Under the pieces are notes generated by a model. That model had not been told where the DNA came from. It worked only from the letters and a program-made list of their open reading frames with translations, and did no database searches. A stretch of 64,000 nucleotides of DNA from a virus (lineage: Duplodnaviria; Caudoviricetes): the IMG/VR virus record IMGVR_UViG_3300028833_000101, positions 40,703-104,702 of that record; one strand, written 5' to 3'. Shown in pieces: positions 14,625 through 26,756 of this stretch. The position numbers and the translations under genes were made by a program. Position 1 is the stretch's first letter, and each line of letters starts with the position of its first letter.

Positions 14625-15308
14625 ATGGGAAGAAAGAAAAAAAGTACTATTGAGACACCCGTTATACCGCCTCAGCAAGATATAAAAGCTATTGGTACTC
14701 AACCAATTGGTTATCAAGGAAAAGTCTCTATTAAAATTCAACATGGTAATAAAACTATTTCTACTAGAACTTATCATAACAGCGGAATGCCATTGTTATT
14801 TAAGTTTTTATGTTCTGCCTTGTCTGGTGATTTTTTAGATGGCATTAGACCATGTAAAATTAAACTCTTCTATTATCCAGAGGCTGAAAAAGGAGTTACT
14901 CCAGAAGAATTTAATTGGGCCTATGCCTTTGAAGCTGATGCTGAAAATAAACCTAAAGGAATTACTCCATTTATTACTTATGAAACTACGCCAATTGTAA
15001 AGCGCGTTGCAGATGTAGTAACAAAAAATAGTAATAATGGATTAACATATCATTATGAAACAACTTTCCACTTCAGGGTTCCATTTGCATTAATTTCTGA
15101 TACTACCGTACATATGATTGGTATTTATCCAAATAATGCTTATTATGGTGCAGAGGAAGATGTTTCCGCCTATTATTTATTTGTTGATGAAGAAACTGGT
15201 AAATTATGGGAACCACTTGAATTAAAAGACGTTGCTGGTAATTTTAGTATTATTGTTGATTGAACAATGGCATTAATGAACAAGCCAGTCACAACTGTAG
15301 ATGCTTAA
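14625..15308 (+). CDS. Tail fibre attachment/baseplate protein
   Basis: Extends past TGA at 15261 (IIVD-W-TM) to TAA at 15306; position between gpI-like and fibre genes. Confidence 0.55.
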
Positions 15309-15330
15309 TATAATATAAAGGAGTTAATTT

Positions 15331-18300
15331 ATGGCAGACTATTTAATTAAAAACCAATATGTTCCAAGTAAATATATTAAAGTATTTCCTTGTAGCTATA
15401 GAGGTCTATATGAAAATGCACTAACAGGCCAAAAGTATGCATTCGACCCAGAATCAAGACTATTGTCTGAAGCTAACCTAAGAAATCTTCCTGGTAATGT
15501 TGGTGGCAGAGATAGTTATATTATAGACTATACCTCAGATAAAACTTTAAAATGTGTTATTGGTGGATATTATTTTGAAATTTATCAGATTGAATTAAGT
15601 GATTTAGTTCAGGGCGATAATCCAAGATTTCTTTATATTAAGACTGTTAATGTTCCACTTAAAGAAAATGATGATGGTGCCATCAATATTGATAGTGATA
15701 GAAAAACTACTAGATTAGCAAGCTTTTCTTCAGATAGTGCAGACTTAGATGATAATGATGGTGGTCAAAGTGACTATTACTTTACTGGATTAGTCTGTCG
15801 TTTAGCATCACAAGCTCCTGAATATACTGCAATGCTTCAACCAGTGATTATTAAAGATGGTGAACCAGTTTTAAATAAAGATGCCCGTTTACCAATTTTA
15901 TACTCTGGTAACGGAACACCATCAGTAAGAATAAATAATACTGTCAGTGCTGATGGTCAATATAGCTTAGCTCAAGGCATTAGCACAAAAGCATCAGGAG
16001 TTGGCGCCCATGCTGAAGGCCAATTAGCTAATGCTAAAGCAGATTATTCTCACGCAGAAGGTTATGATACTACAGCAAATGGTAAATGGTCTCATACAGA
16101 AGGCCTTAATGCTACAACAACTGCTAATGGTGAATATGCTCATGCAGAAGGTGAAAAAACAGAGGCACAAAAGAAAGCCTCCCACGCTGAAGGTTATATT
16201 ACAAAAGCAAGAGGTGATTATGCGCACACTGAAGGTTTTAGAACAGAAGCTACTGCTGAAGCTGCTCATGCTGAAGGCCTAGGATTAGATGATGCTACTA
16301 AAACAATTGCATCTGGCAGAGGCGCACATGCTGAAGGTGAAAGTACTCGTGCAAATGCTGTTGCTTCTCATACTGAGGGTAAGAATACTCAGGTTGATGC
16401 AAATTATGCTCATACTGAAGGTATAGATACATTAGCTACTGGTGAAGGTGCTCATGCTGAAGGTCACTATACTGAAGCAAGAGGTGCATATTCTCATGCT
16501 GAAGGTGAAGGCACAAACCAAAATCCAAGAAAAAGAGTTATTGCATCTGGACATGGTGCACATGCTGAAGGTAAATGAACTGAGGCCAGTGGTGCAAATT
16601 CACATGCTGAAGGTAATGGCACAACTGCTAGTAATGATGCTGCACACTCTGAAGGTTTAAATACAACTGCCTCTGGCAAATATTCACATGCTGAAGGTAA
16701 AGAAACAGTTGCTTCTGGTGATTATTCACATGCAGGTGGTATTGGCACAAAAGCAAGTAGAGAAGGTCAAACTACTGTTGGTAAATATAATAAAGAAGAC
16801 GATGGTGAATTTATTGTTGGTATTGGTACTGGCAATGCTGCAAATTCTAGAAAAAATGCAGTTGTTGTGAATGGGGCCACTACTAAAATTTGTAATACAT
16901 TAGAAGTTAAGAATGATAGTGGAACTACTACATTTACTACAAGCCCAGATCAAACAAATATTACTACAGCAACCAACAATATTTCTGGTGCTACAAATAC
17001 AATTGATGGAACTGCAAGCACATCAATTAATGTTAATAAAGTTGAGAAAGTAAAAGTAGAAGCAACTACAACTACTCTTAAAAATACTGCTTTAAATACT
17101 TCTGCTACAACTACTTCTATTAAGTGTGGAGACACTGAAAAAATAGGCATTACTACGGATACAACAACAATTAGTGGCACAACAGTTGCAGTTAAGAATT
17201 CTGAAGACCATAAAATTGAAATAAATAATACTGCAACTAATATTTATGGAAAGGTAAATATTTTGGGCAATGCTGTTACAACTGGAAGTATTACCAGCAG
17301 AGATGGTAATATTATTATCGGAGACGGCACAGGCAAAAATTGTGCAATCACTTATGCTGATAAATTTGAGTCAAAACAAGTATTAGCTCTCAGAACATCT
17401 GCTCTAGACCCAGATGGAAATCCAGCAAATGGTGCAACAACCACTGCTAACTGAGGCTGTGGACTTATCCTTGGTGGAGATGGTACAACTGTAATTAAAG
17501 GGGGAGAAGCTGGTACTACTAATGATTATTTTACAAATACTATTACTAATTGAAATAATGAAAAAATTTATCTTGTTGCTGATGGTGGTATCGAGCTCAA
17601 ATCTAATACTCAAGAAGGCGCAAGTAAGGCTAAAACTTGATATTTTAATAATGATGGAACATTAGTTTGCCCAGGCCCAATTAATGGTAGAATTGCTTAT
17701 ACTGTTACTAATGGTGATGCCTCTGATGTTGTTAATATTACTATGGGTAATAATGATGTCTTTAGAATTAGAGGCTATGGCAAAGATGACGTATCATATT
17801 TAGAAATTGCGACAGCAGACAATGGTAATGAAGCTATTCACTTCCGTCAATATCAATATAAAGAAAATGAAAGTCCTTGGGCAGTTGTTGCACATGAATT
17901 TACTGCATTAGATACTGATGGTAAAACTAAGGCAAATGACTTAGTAGTTAATGAAAGCTTTAATTTTGCTAATAATAAAGTATACTTTAATAAAACAAAT
18001 ACTAGTGCTAGTGGCACATTTAATGTTAATAATAAAATGTGTATTCATGATACTGGCTATATCTATACTCAAGATTCTATTAAAGCTGATGAAAACATTG
18101 AAGCTTTAAAAACTATTAAAGCAAAAACATTTAATGCTACTTCTGATGCAAGATTAAAAGAAAATATTAAAAAGTTCGAACCATCTAAATCAATCTTAGA
18201 CCTTCCAGTTTATAAATATGATTTTATTGATGGACCAAAAAATCAAATAGGATGTTTAGCTCAAGACCTTGAAGAAATCTGTCCTGAAATTGTTGATAAA

Positions 18301-18405
18301 GATAAAGATGGTTATCTAACAATTCAAGAAAGTAAGCTTGTTTATCTATTACTTGAAGAAGTTAAAGCTCTTAAAGCTGAAATTAAAGAATTAAAAAATA
18401 AATAA
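15331..18405 (+). CDS. Tail fibre with YadA-head-like (SHAEG) beta-roll repeats and C-terminal S74 chaperone (about 1024 aa)
   Basis: About 17 A-x-G-x-x-S/A-H-A/T-E-G repeats continuing in frame across TGA at 16576; SDARLKENI...IGCLAQDL at the C-terminus. Confidence 0.85.
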
Positions 18406-18422
18406 ATCGTATAATATAATAT

Positions 18423-18767
18423 ATGAATTTTGATAAATTATTAGAAGATTTTTTACGCTTACCACAAACTTTAGAAGAAGCTATTGAATATGTAAAAAAT
18501 AATCCAGTAATGAATGCCACAATTGAAGACCTTGCTTTTAAACAAACTGTTATCAATGTGTTAATTCTTGCTGGGCTTGTTTCTGAAAATGATTTTAATG
18601 CTTCTGTTGAGCATTTTAAAAATCAACTTTATGAAGACTTTGGAAAAGAACTATTACGTGAATCAGTTGAAGTCGAAGCAAAAGAAAAGCAACTTGAAGA
18701 AGAATCTGATATAGATACTGATTGGGATGATGAGCTTCCTCCTGGTAAAAAATACTACGATGCTTAA
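18423..18767 (+). CDS. Hypothetical acidic protein
   Basis: ORF with its own GTATAATATAAT promoter and downstream terminator. Confidence 0.7.
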   Translation: MNFDKLLEDFLRLPQTLEEAIEYVKNNPVMNATIEDLAFKQTVINVLILAGLVSENDFNASVEHFKNQLYEDFGKELLRESVEVEAKEKQLEEESDIDTDWDDELPPGKKYYDA

Positions 18768-18849
18768 AGAACCTTATAGGTTCTTTTTTTATTGCTTTAT
18801 TATATTTGCTAAATTATTTGATGATCTGATTTAAAGGAGAATAAATCAA

Positions 18850-21702
18850 ATGACCGAATTTAAATATTGTGTATATTGTGAAGAAGAGCCAGCCATCTGT
18901 TTTGAAAGTGAGGCCGAAGCTATGAAATTTGCTCGTGAGGATACAAGTATGTATAATAGTGTTAGAGTTGAAAAATCTGAAATAGACGAAGATGGTGATG
19001 TCTTAAATACTGAAGTTCTTTGAACTGCTAGTGGTAATAATGTTCCAGAAAAAGAAATAGTTCCTGAGAATGAATTTGAGACAGAATTTCCAGAATCTGA
19101 TATTGCTAATATTGACACTTCAGATGATGTAGATTATGATGAACTTGCAAGACAGTATGCAGAAGACCCAGCTGATTGAATTGATGATAATAAATTAATT
19201 AAAGAAGCTGTTGATGTTCTAGAAGAAAATGAAGATGAAGTTGAATGCAAAGTTTGTTTTGAGCTTGGTCCTAAAGCTGAAATGAAAAAATTAGATATTG
19301 GTTATGTTTGTCCAAAATGTGCACAAGAATTACAATCACATCAAGGCACAAATTTAGATTTACTTGATAATGACCCATTTAGTCTAGATTATGAAGACCC
19401 AAGAGACTTTGATGAACCTGAAGAGGAAGAAGTCAAAGAAGAACCTGTCAATGGCACTGAGATGAGAAAACATGAAAAAGCAATCGAAGAAGAGCTAAAA
19501 GTTATTATAGATTTTAGTGAATATAAACCTTGGTCTGGTGCTGTTGATACTTATGAATTAATAAAAGATGCTGATAAATTAGATGAACTTGAAGCTTATC
19601 TTGAAGAATGTTACCCAGAGGGAGTTACCGCCGGAACAATTAATGATATTCTTTGGTTTGACAGTGAAGAAATTTTAAAATATCTTGGACTTGGCGACGT
19701 TGAAGAAGATGAAGAAGAAGTTGATGAATCATTAAATGAAGAAGAAACTTTTAAGCAAGGTTTTGATTCTTATAATGCTTATGGAGAAAAAGTCGAAGAA
19801 AATTTAGAAGAAAAAGTTGACTTACCAGCATTTGATAGTGATGTAAAAGTTGGTGATAAAATTAGAATTATTCATTTAGAAGGTGAAGATAATTCTTATG
19901 ATGGAAAAGAAGGTGAAGTCACTAATATCGATTCTATTGGACAACTTCATGGAACTTGAGGCGGATTAGCTGTTATCCCAGGTGTTGATCAATTTGAAGC
20001 TGTTATTGAAGAGCATGTTAATGATAGACCAGCTGATATTGAAAGCGACCAAGTTTTACAAGGTGCTGATAATGCAGTAGTTGATTGCGATGTTGCAAAA
20101 GTAATTGCACATAGTGAAGATGAAAAACCATTAGACTGCAAAATGGAAAAGCCTGCTTTAGAAGAACCATTAGCTGGTGAAGAAGTTAAACCTGACCTAG
20201 TTGAAGCTAAAAAAGATGATGAGTTACCTGTTGACCCAGAAGCTGCTAAACTTGAAGTTCATACAATGTTAAATGATTTGGTGGCAGATGAAATCGAAGC
20301 TATCAATGGTTATGAAGAAGCTAAGAAAGAAATTCTTGATACTCCAATTGCTCATAAAGATAATATTTTAGATACTATCGACCACGTTGAAGATGAAGAA
20401 AAAGAACATGTTGATGAATTAATTAGCGCAACAACTGAAATTCCATTTGATAAAGAAGAAGCTCCAGCTCCAGTAGTTGAAGAACCTGTAGTTAAAGAAG
20501 AACCACTTGATCAAGAATTTCCAGAAGTTGATGAAAACTTAGAAGAAGAAGTATCGGAAGATAAATTTGCTGAGGTAGAAGCCTATTTAAAAAATGCAGA
20601 TAGAGGCTCTATCGATTTTGAATGGGAGACCGATGAAGATATCTGTAATGGCTCAATTCTTTGAAATGAAAAGAAAGAAAGATTTGAAGCTGGCTTAAGC
20701 ATTTATCATGCCAGTGAAGATAATAATGCAGAATACCCAGAAATGCACACTGATGAAGAAGATGCATCTGCTAAAACTATTAAAGAGCTATATAAATTAT
20801 TAGTCGATGATTATGGTGAAGAATTTAAAAACGCTTTTGAAGATGCAATAAATCATAAAGAGTTAACTGAAGAAAAAGCCAAACCAGAAGGCAACAAAGT
20901 TCTTAGCTATAATAAAGCATTGGCTATCGCAAATTCTGAAGGAAAACCTGTTATTTATGGTTATACAAACACTTCTTATAATGGAAAATACTTTGAAGTA
21001 GACCCAATTGTTTGTAATAGTGTAAGTGATGAAACTAAAAAATTTAAACAACAATATAAGAGCGCTGGAACAGTCTATGTAGCATACCCAGGCAAAAGCT
21101 TTATTGAAAGCTTAAGAGAAGCTGCCAATGTAGACTATGTTGAATATATGCATTCTTATTGCAATGCTCTTGAACCACATATGGACGAGCTTAAAAAAAT
21201 TGAAGATGTCGAAGAACTTAAAAAAGCAATCTTAGATATTGTCAATAAAGACCCAGATGTTAATACTACTGAAAAGAAAAATAAATTTGTCTGGCTAATT
21301 AAGAATAAAAAATGGGGTTCTACTAAGAGTATTATGAAATACCTAGAAAAAGCAATGAATAAAGCTAAAGGTATTGAAGTTAAAGTTGATGACAATGGTG
21401 AGCTTATTAAAGAAGATATTGAAGAAGCTGACCCAAAAGAAACACAATTTGTTTTCACACCAGAAGAACAAGCAGAATATAATTGTGACGAAGATGGTAA
21501 CTGTGAAGATGGCTATGACCAATTATGCCATTGTGGTTGGTGTGGTGAAGTATTCCCTACAAGTGAAATGCGCCATGAAGTTGACTTTGGCTGAATTTGT
21601 TCTAGATGTGAAGACGAATTAAAATCACATGGTGGTCCACTTACATTTATTGAAGAAGCAGTCGAAAAGAAAGACCCTAAAGATGCTACTAAAGAAGCTT
21701 AA
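18850..21702 (+). CDS. Large acidic multidomain protein (two CxxC..CxxC Zn fingers, DUF4314-like and ferritin-like segments); probable head-internal protein (about 950 aa)
   Basis: AAGGAG + ATG at 18850; three track ORFs joined through TGA; IDSIGQLHGT(W)GGLAVIPGVD; DEIEAINGY...EEKEH; GCTAAATTA upstream. Confidence 0.7.
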
Positions 21703-21713
21703 GGAGCTGTAAA

Positions 21714-22310
21714 ATGATTAAGACAGACTTTATTAATTTATATGAAGAATTAAATCAACTTAATGAAACATACTGCTTAGAACTTGATGGATATAAAGTT
21801 GGTGATTTAGTTGAATATAAACGTATTAATCCTGAGCACAAAATCGGAGAAGATGATTATAAATTAGCCCATGGTATGATATTAGATGTCTGGCCAGAAG
21901 ATGAAAATCATAATCATACTATTGGCATATTTCAATTAGATAGTTGGGGTGCATATGACACTCCATCAAAAAATATTACTAAAAAAATAAGTATAACAGA
22001 TTTAACATCTGAAGAAAAAAATATTTATAATAAAGCTAAAAAATTTGCAGATGATAGAATTAAAGAATTGGGCGGAAACAGCACTGCAGTAAAAGATGAA
22101 AATAAATCTGATACTAAACAAAAAGCTGCTCAGTTATCTAAAAAGATTATAAAAGCTTTTAAAGATGCTGGACTTGCAACCGATGAGCTAATTGTTAAAA
22201 ATGGTGTTGGCAAAACTAAAGCTTCTGCAAAGCTAAAAAAATTAAAACAAAGTTTATTTGGTGAAAGCCTTGAAGAAGACTTTGAAGAAGAAATAGATTT
22301 AGACGAATAA
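21714..22310 (+). CDS. Hypothetical protein, possibly head-internal
   Basis: RBS AAGGAG; LNE/LEE motifs near both ends. Confidence 0.65.
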   Translation: MIKTDFINLYEELNQLNETYCLELDGYKVGDLVEYKRINPEHKIGEDDYKLAHGMILDVWPEDENHNHTIGIFQLDSWGAYDTPSKNITKKISITDLTSEEKNIYNKAKKFADDRIKELGGNSTAVKDENKSDTKQKAAQLSKKIIKAFKDAGLATDELIVKNGVGKTKASAKLKKLKQSLFGESLEEDFEEEIDLDE

Positions 22311-22463
22311 ATATTGTATATTATAACGAGCGAACATAAAGCATTAAGGAGATAAGCCCCAGCTTAATACCTAATGCGAACTCATTTTAATAGAAGTGCT
22401 CAAGAGCCTGATAGAACTGGTGGAGAGTGCTGAGCAACTAAATAGAATTAGGAGATATTAATA

Positions 22464-22940
22464 ATGAAGTATTACTCAGAAGTACTCGATAAAGTTTTCG
22501 AGACAGAAAAAGAATTAAAAGCTGCTGAAAAAGCAGATGCCGATGAAAAGGCAAAAAAAGAAGAAGCTAAAGCTTTAGTTAAGAAAGAATCAACAGAAGT
22601 TGAAGACTCCTTCAAAGCAAGAAATGCTGCAAGACATGCTTATAACGAAAAACTCGTTGAGGCAAGAAAAATCTACAATGAAGCTTTAAGAAAAGCTAAA
22701 GATGAATTTGAGGCTAGCTTAAAAGAATCAACAGAAGCTTTAGAAAAAGCTGAAGCTGATTATGACACTAGACTTAAAGCTTTCCAAAAAGCCCATCCAG
22801 AAGGTTATCACATTACGCTTAAAGATGGTGATAATGTTGTAACTTATACAAACAATCCAGGCGATTATCAAGTTAGAAATATAGAGAAAGAATTTGACGA
22901 TATGTTAAATATGTTCTCTAACTTACTTAGACGCTGGTAA
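22464..22940 (+). CDS. Coiled-coil hypothetical protein
   Basis: AGGAG RBS; Lys/Glu/Ala-rich helical sequence. Confidence 0.75.
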   Translation: MKYYSEVLDKVFETEKELKAAEKADADEKAKKEEAKALVKKESTEVEDSFKARNAARHAYNEKLVEARKIYNEALRKAKDEFEASLKESTEALEKAEADYDTRLKAFQKAHPEGYHITLKDGDNVVTYTNNPGDYQVRNIEKEFDDMLNMFSNLLRRW

Positions 22941-22976
22941 TTAGCTTCTAAATTCTGGGGCTTAACTAAATAAAAT

Positions 22977-23152
22977 TATTATTCGCCCGAGCAGTACGAC
23001 TTATTGCCAAAGTATCCGTGTTCGTAATGTTAACTAAAATAGCGCGAGAAACAGCAATAAGCAAAAAGGGTAGAAACTATACTTATTTCTAAAGACTTAT
23101 TTATTCTAAACAAAGAGAATAATTGGCTGCGCTATTAGTTAGTTCGAATAAA
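22977..23152 (+). ncRNA. Candidate multi-stem pseudoknotted RNA
   Basis: Six complementary pairings seen by eye (see findings); no ORF; strand inferred from context. Confidence 0.5.
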
Positions 23153-23175
23153 TATAAAAATATTGTATAATATTA

Positions 23176-23288
23176 TGTGAGCGTAATAGCTCATGAAGTT
23201 CATAGTAGCGCTAAGGTAAAACTTAGCATCCTCCCTTCAACAGCAGCTTATCACAATTCCTCCTGGTATGTTGCTGTTTTTCTTTTTT
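23176..23288 (+). ncRNA. Candidate sRNA with two CCUCC (anti-SD) motifs
   Basis: GTATAAT promoter at 23165, two hairpins, terminator stem aacagcagc/gttgctgtt plus U-tract. Confidence 0.6.
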
Positions 23289-23300
23289 GCTAAATTAAAT

Positions 23301-23355
23301 GGTCGGTCAAATAGCGCCATCACCTTCGCCACAGCTAAGTTGACCGGCTTTTTTA
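23301..23355 (+). ncRNA. Candidate late sRNA hairpin with AUCACCUU loop
   Basis: GCTAAATTA at 23289, stem gtcggtcaa/ttgaccggc, U-tract. Confidence 0.5.
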
Positions 23356-23396
23356 TTACTTAATTAAATTGCTAAATTATACGATAGGCAAAAATT

Positions 23397-23783
23397 ATGT
23401 TAAGGTGAAAAGATATTCAAGTATATGCAGATGAGGCAATTACGCGCTTTACAAATATGTATAGAAACATTAGCCTTATTGGGGCCGGGCTTGCTCCGAA
23501 TAGCCCAGATAAGTATTTAATTTATCTTGATGATAAAAAATTAGCTGGAACCTTTAAAGTAATTATTACTGAAGAATTTTTAAATGGCCAAACACAGACA
23601 ATTGATTTAGCTGCAAAGATTCCAAGTAGTTTTCCAGAAGAGAAAAAAGTTGTATTAAGAATTGCTTATGCTATTTTAGTTGCTTGACAACGACACTTTA
23701 TTGAAGCCTATAAACAAGTTGCACCAAATAAGTATGATGTAACTTTTGCTAATGCTAAAAATTGATATGATGGTTTAAAATAA
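23397..23783 (+). CDS. LRxAY-family protein 1
   Basis: Code-4 ORF with 3 TGA; KVVLRIAYAIL. Confidence 0.7.
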
Positions 23784-23784
23784 T

Positions 23785-24126
23785 ATGGCAAGATATAGTT
23801 TACAAGATGCACGTAGATATATAGTTCAAGCTTTTATGAGACTTAATAAAGCTCGTGGCTTAAATTTAGCTTTACTTGACTTAGAATATGCAGACTTAAT
23901 GGGTTGGGATTTTATTAAAGCTCATATGTATGATAAGACAACACAAACTAAATTTGATAGTATGCTTAATGAATTTATATTTACCAGAGAAGATACTATG
24001 ACAAATTTAGATACACAAGCTAAAATACTTGGAAAAAATCTAAATGAAAGAGAAAGAATTATTTTAAGAGTTGCTTACACTATTTGAAGAGATTGGAAGG
24101 AAACTAGAAATGTTGACGTGGACTAG
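23785..24126 (+). CDS. LRxAY-family protein 2
   Basis: AFMRLNKARGLNL...IILRVAYTI(W). Confidence 0.75.
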
Positions 24127-24439
24127 CCAAGACTTAGATGATTTCTGTGAACAAGCCATTAAGCTTTTAAATAAGAAAAAACAATTACAATTAGAATTAA
24201 GAAATTGTTGGCTTTATTCAAATAGCTCTGGCAGTAATTTTCATATTATCTATCATAATAACTTTTTAGATAAAGATTTTCATTTATGTAGAAATGGTAA
24301 AATTTTGCAAGAATTATCACCAGACACCGATAGAGCAGCTGGCTTAAAAGAAGTAGATGATATTAAGTTAAAAATAGTTTTACGTATTGCATATTTTATT
24401 TATAAAGACTGTCAAAGAGAAATGAAAGAGGATAAATAA
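24110..24439 (+). CDS. LRxAY-family protein 3
   Basis: AIKLLNKKKQLQL...IVLRIAYFIY. Confidence 0.75.
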   Translation: MLTWTSQDLDDFCEQAIKLLNKKKQLQLELRNCWLYSNSSGSNFHIIYHNNFLDKDFHLCRNGKILQELSPDTDRAAGLKEVDDIKLKIVLRIAYFIYKDCQREMKEDK

Positions 24440-24966
24440 TGGCTAGAGAAGCATCATTTATGTTTAAAGACCTTGAAGAGCTTGCTCAAATTAAAGCTGG
24501 TGTTTTAAGCTACCTTCAAAGAGATATTGACAAACTATTGAAGACAAAAGACTTAGATGCTGAATTTGTAAATATTGCGACACCTGGAAAATCATGAGGA
24601 AGAACTTGATTACTCTTTAAAGTTTATTATACTAAATTCAAAGATGCAGATGACATGTTAGGAAACTATGAACATGTTTTCTTTGCTTACCCTATTCAAC
24701 AAAACTTATTTACAAGAGATCCCGATTTAATGGACATCTTAGATAGACAAGCTAACATTGCAGGCAGACAAGATAAGTTAAGCGATATTGATTTAGTTAA
24801 AGTTAGAATTCTTTATCATCTATTTTATATTATTAAATGTATTCAAGAAGACAATTTACCTGCAACTATTAAACTTCCTACTAAAAAATATATTGTTGTT
24901 GAATATGCAGATGCTGGAAATTTATTCTATGAGCTAAAAGACCATTTACCTGGAGGCTTTAATTAA
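24439..24966 (+). CDS. LRxAY-family protein 4 (divergent)
   Basis: TAATG coupling; 2 TGA; IDKLLKTKDL...VKVRILYHLFY. Confidence 0.65.
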
Positions 24967-24967
24967 A

Positions 24968-25312
24968 ATGACAATAACTGAAATTAAAGACCTGTGACCA
25001 GAATGACGAATTGAATTTGTCTGTGACTATGCTTGTGAAAAACTAAGAAATATTAAAGGTATTAATTTTGTATATCTTAGAAATGAAGGCTGACAAGAGT
25101 GAGTAGATGGGACTGAGTTCTATATACCAATTATTTTTGAGTATAAAACAAATGGTACATTCTTAAAACTTGAAATTCATCAAGATTTATTTGTAGAAGA
25201 ATTTTTAGACTTTGATAAAAAAACTGGTGCTAATAGATTACCAGACATTAGAGATAAAGTAATAGTAAGACTTGCTTGACACTTAAAAGAACGTTTTGAA
25301 GGAAGAAGCTAA
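24968..25312 (+). CDS. LRxAY-family protein 5 (missed by the ORF track; 5 TGA)
   Basis: ACEKLRNIKGINF...VIVRLA(W)HL. Confidence 0.7.
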
Positions 25313-25313
25313 T

Positions 25314-26063
25314 ATGGGATTGCAACTTGGAATAAATGAATCTTCTAATATTATTCTACAAGCTATTAAAGCAACAGGTGAAAACTTTAATAGAGATTTT
25401 CATCATGTCTATTCTACCCCTGGACATCAAGGCTTTTATACTGAAATAGATGATTTTACTTTAGAGATGAAGCTTCATACAATTTCTAAAGACTATAACA
25501 AAGATGATCATGTTTTTAATTTAAATATTCCATATGAGTATTTTAATGATGATCAACTCCCTGGTGATACTCAGCTTGGAATAAAACTTACAGATCATAC
25601 TGAAGTAAAAGCTGAAATAAGATGTATGGGTCTAATCGCAAAAACATATGAAGCTTGGATTAAAGACCATGAAGTTTTTACTATAAATGATTTAAGAAAA
25701 ATTATTAATGATGCTTTAGATAGACTAAGAAAAATTAAAAAGTTAGATTTAATGGTTCGTGGAGATAAAGGTGAATTAGCTGAAAAGTATATTCAAATCT
25801 ACTTGACAGAAAATCATATTCCAGCAACTGAAGGAAGTGCTCTTGATAGATTTTTTCCAGTTGAATTACATATCTATGACTACTATACTGATGTAGGAAA
25901 TCATATAGTTGATGGCTCAATTGGTGAAGCTAATCTTCGTGGAAAAGATAGAAAAGAAATTTGTCTACTAAGAGTTGCATATACTATTTATTCAGAGTGT
26001 ATGGGCTGGCTTCATAATAAGTGACCAAAAGTTTATAATAATTATTTAAATGGTAAATTCTAA
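25314..26063 (+). CDS. LRxAY-family protein 6 (probably two tandem domains)
   Basis: ALDRLRKIKKLDL...CLLRVAYTIY; the N-terminal half looks like a degenerate copy. Confidence 0.7.
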
Positions 26064-26374
26064 TGACTAAAAATGAAAAAGAACAAGTTGTATTAGAGGC
26101 AATTCAACTACTTATAAAAAATAAAGGCCTTAAAATAAAAGTAAATAAGATGTGAGTTGACACTGGCTATTTTAATGTTGAGCTAGAATATACTATTCAT
26201 AATATAACTAAGCTGCAAGACTTTGGTTTTGTTGCTCAATGATTTGATCCAAATTATTTTGAAATATCTTGAGTTAGAGGTTTACAGGTTCCAGCAAATG
26301 CAACTGATTATCAAAAAGTATTATTAAAACTTGCATATTATTTTTATAAATGATATAAGGAGAAGTGTCAATAA
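26063..26374 (+). CDS. LRxAY-family protein 7 (missed by the ORF track; 4 TGA)
   Basis: AIQLLIKNKGLKI...VLLKLAYYFY; TAATG coupling at both ends. Confidence 0.72.
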
Positions 26375-26712
26375 TGGATCAAGTAGAAATTGATGGAATG
26401 CTCCAAGGAGCAAAAGAGTATGATGCCGAAAAATATTTAGCAGAAGCAGCTAAATTACTTTCACGTAATAAAAAATTAAATGTTGAAATAGATGACTGTG
26501 AGTGATACGTTAGTGATATAACTAATCGACTTGTATTAAAAATTTGATATTCAGTTAATAGTCATGATGTATTGCTAAAGGTTGTTGAGTCTCTGTTTAA
26601 AGACTACCAAAGACCTGCTGATGCTGAAATTGGGATTAAACCAGGAATGGAAATGAAACACAAAATTATCCTAAGACTTGCCTATGTATTGTATAAACAC
26701 AGAGAAGACTAA
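26374..26712 (+). CDS. LRxAY-family protein 8 (missed by the ORF track; 2 TGA)
   Basis: AAKLLSRNKKLNV...IILRLAYVLY. Confidence 0.72.
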
Positions 26713-26756
26713 AAATCTTCTTTTTTTATCTTCAATAGTTGTATAATATAATAGGT

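Noticed and set aside
22950-23355. tRNA (including a UCA suppressor) or tmRNA
   Set aside because: No cloverleaf, T-loop plus acceptor stem or CCA end could be built by eye; tRNAscan-SE/ARAGORN would settle it.
26449-26457. GCTAAATTA inside gene 26374 as a late promoter
   Set aside because: It is in frame (Ala-Lys-Leu) inside coding sequence with no preceding terminator; probably incidental.
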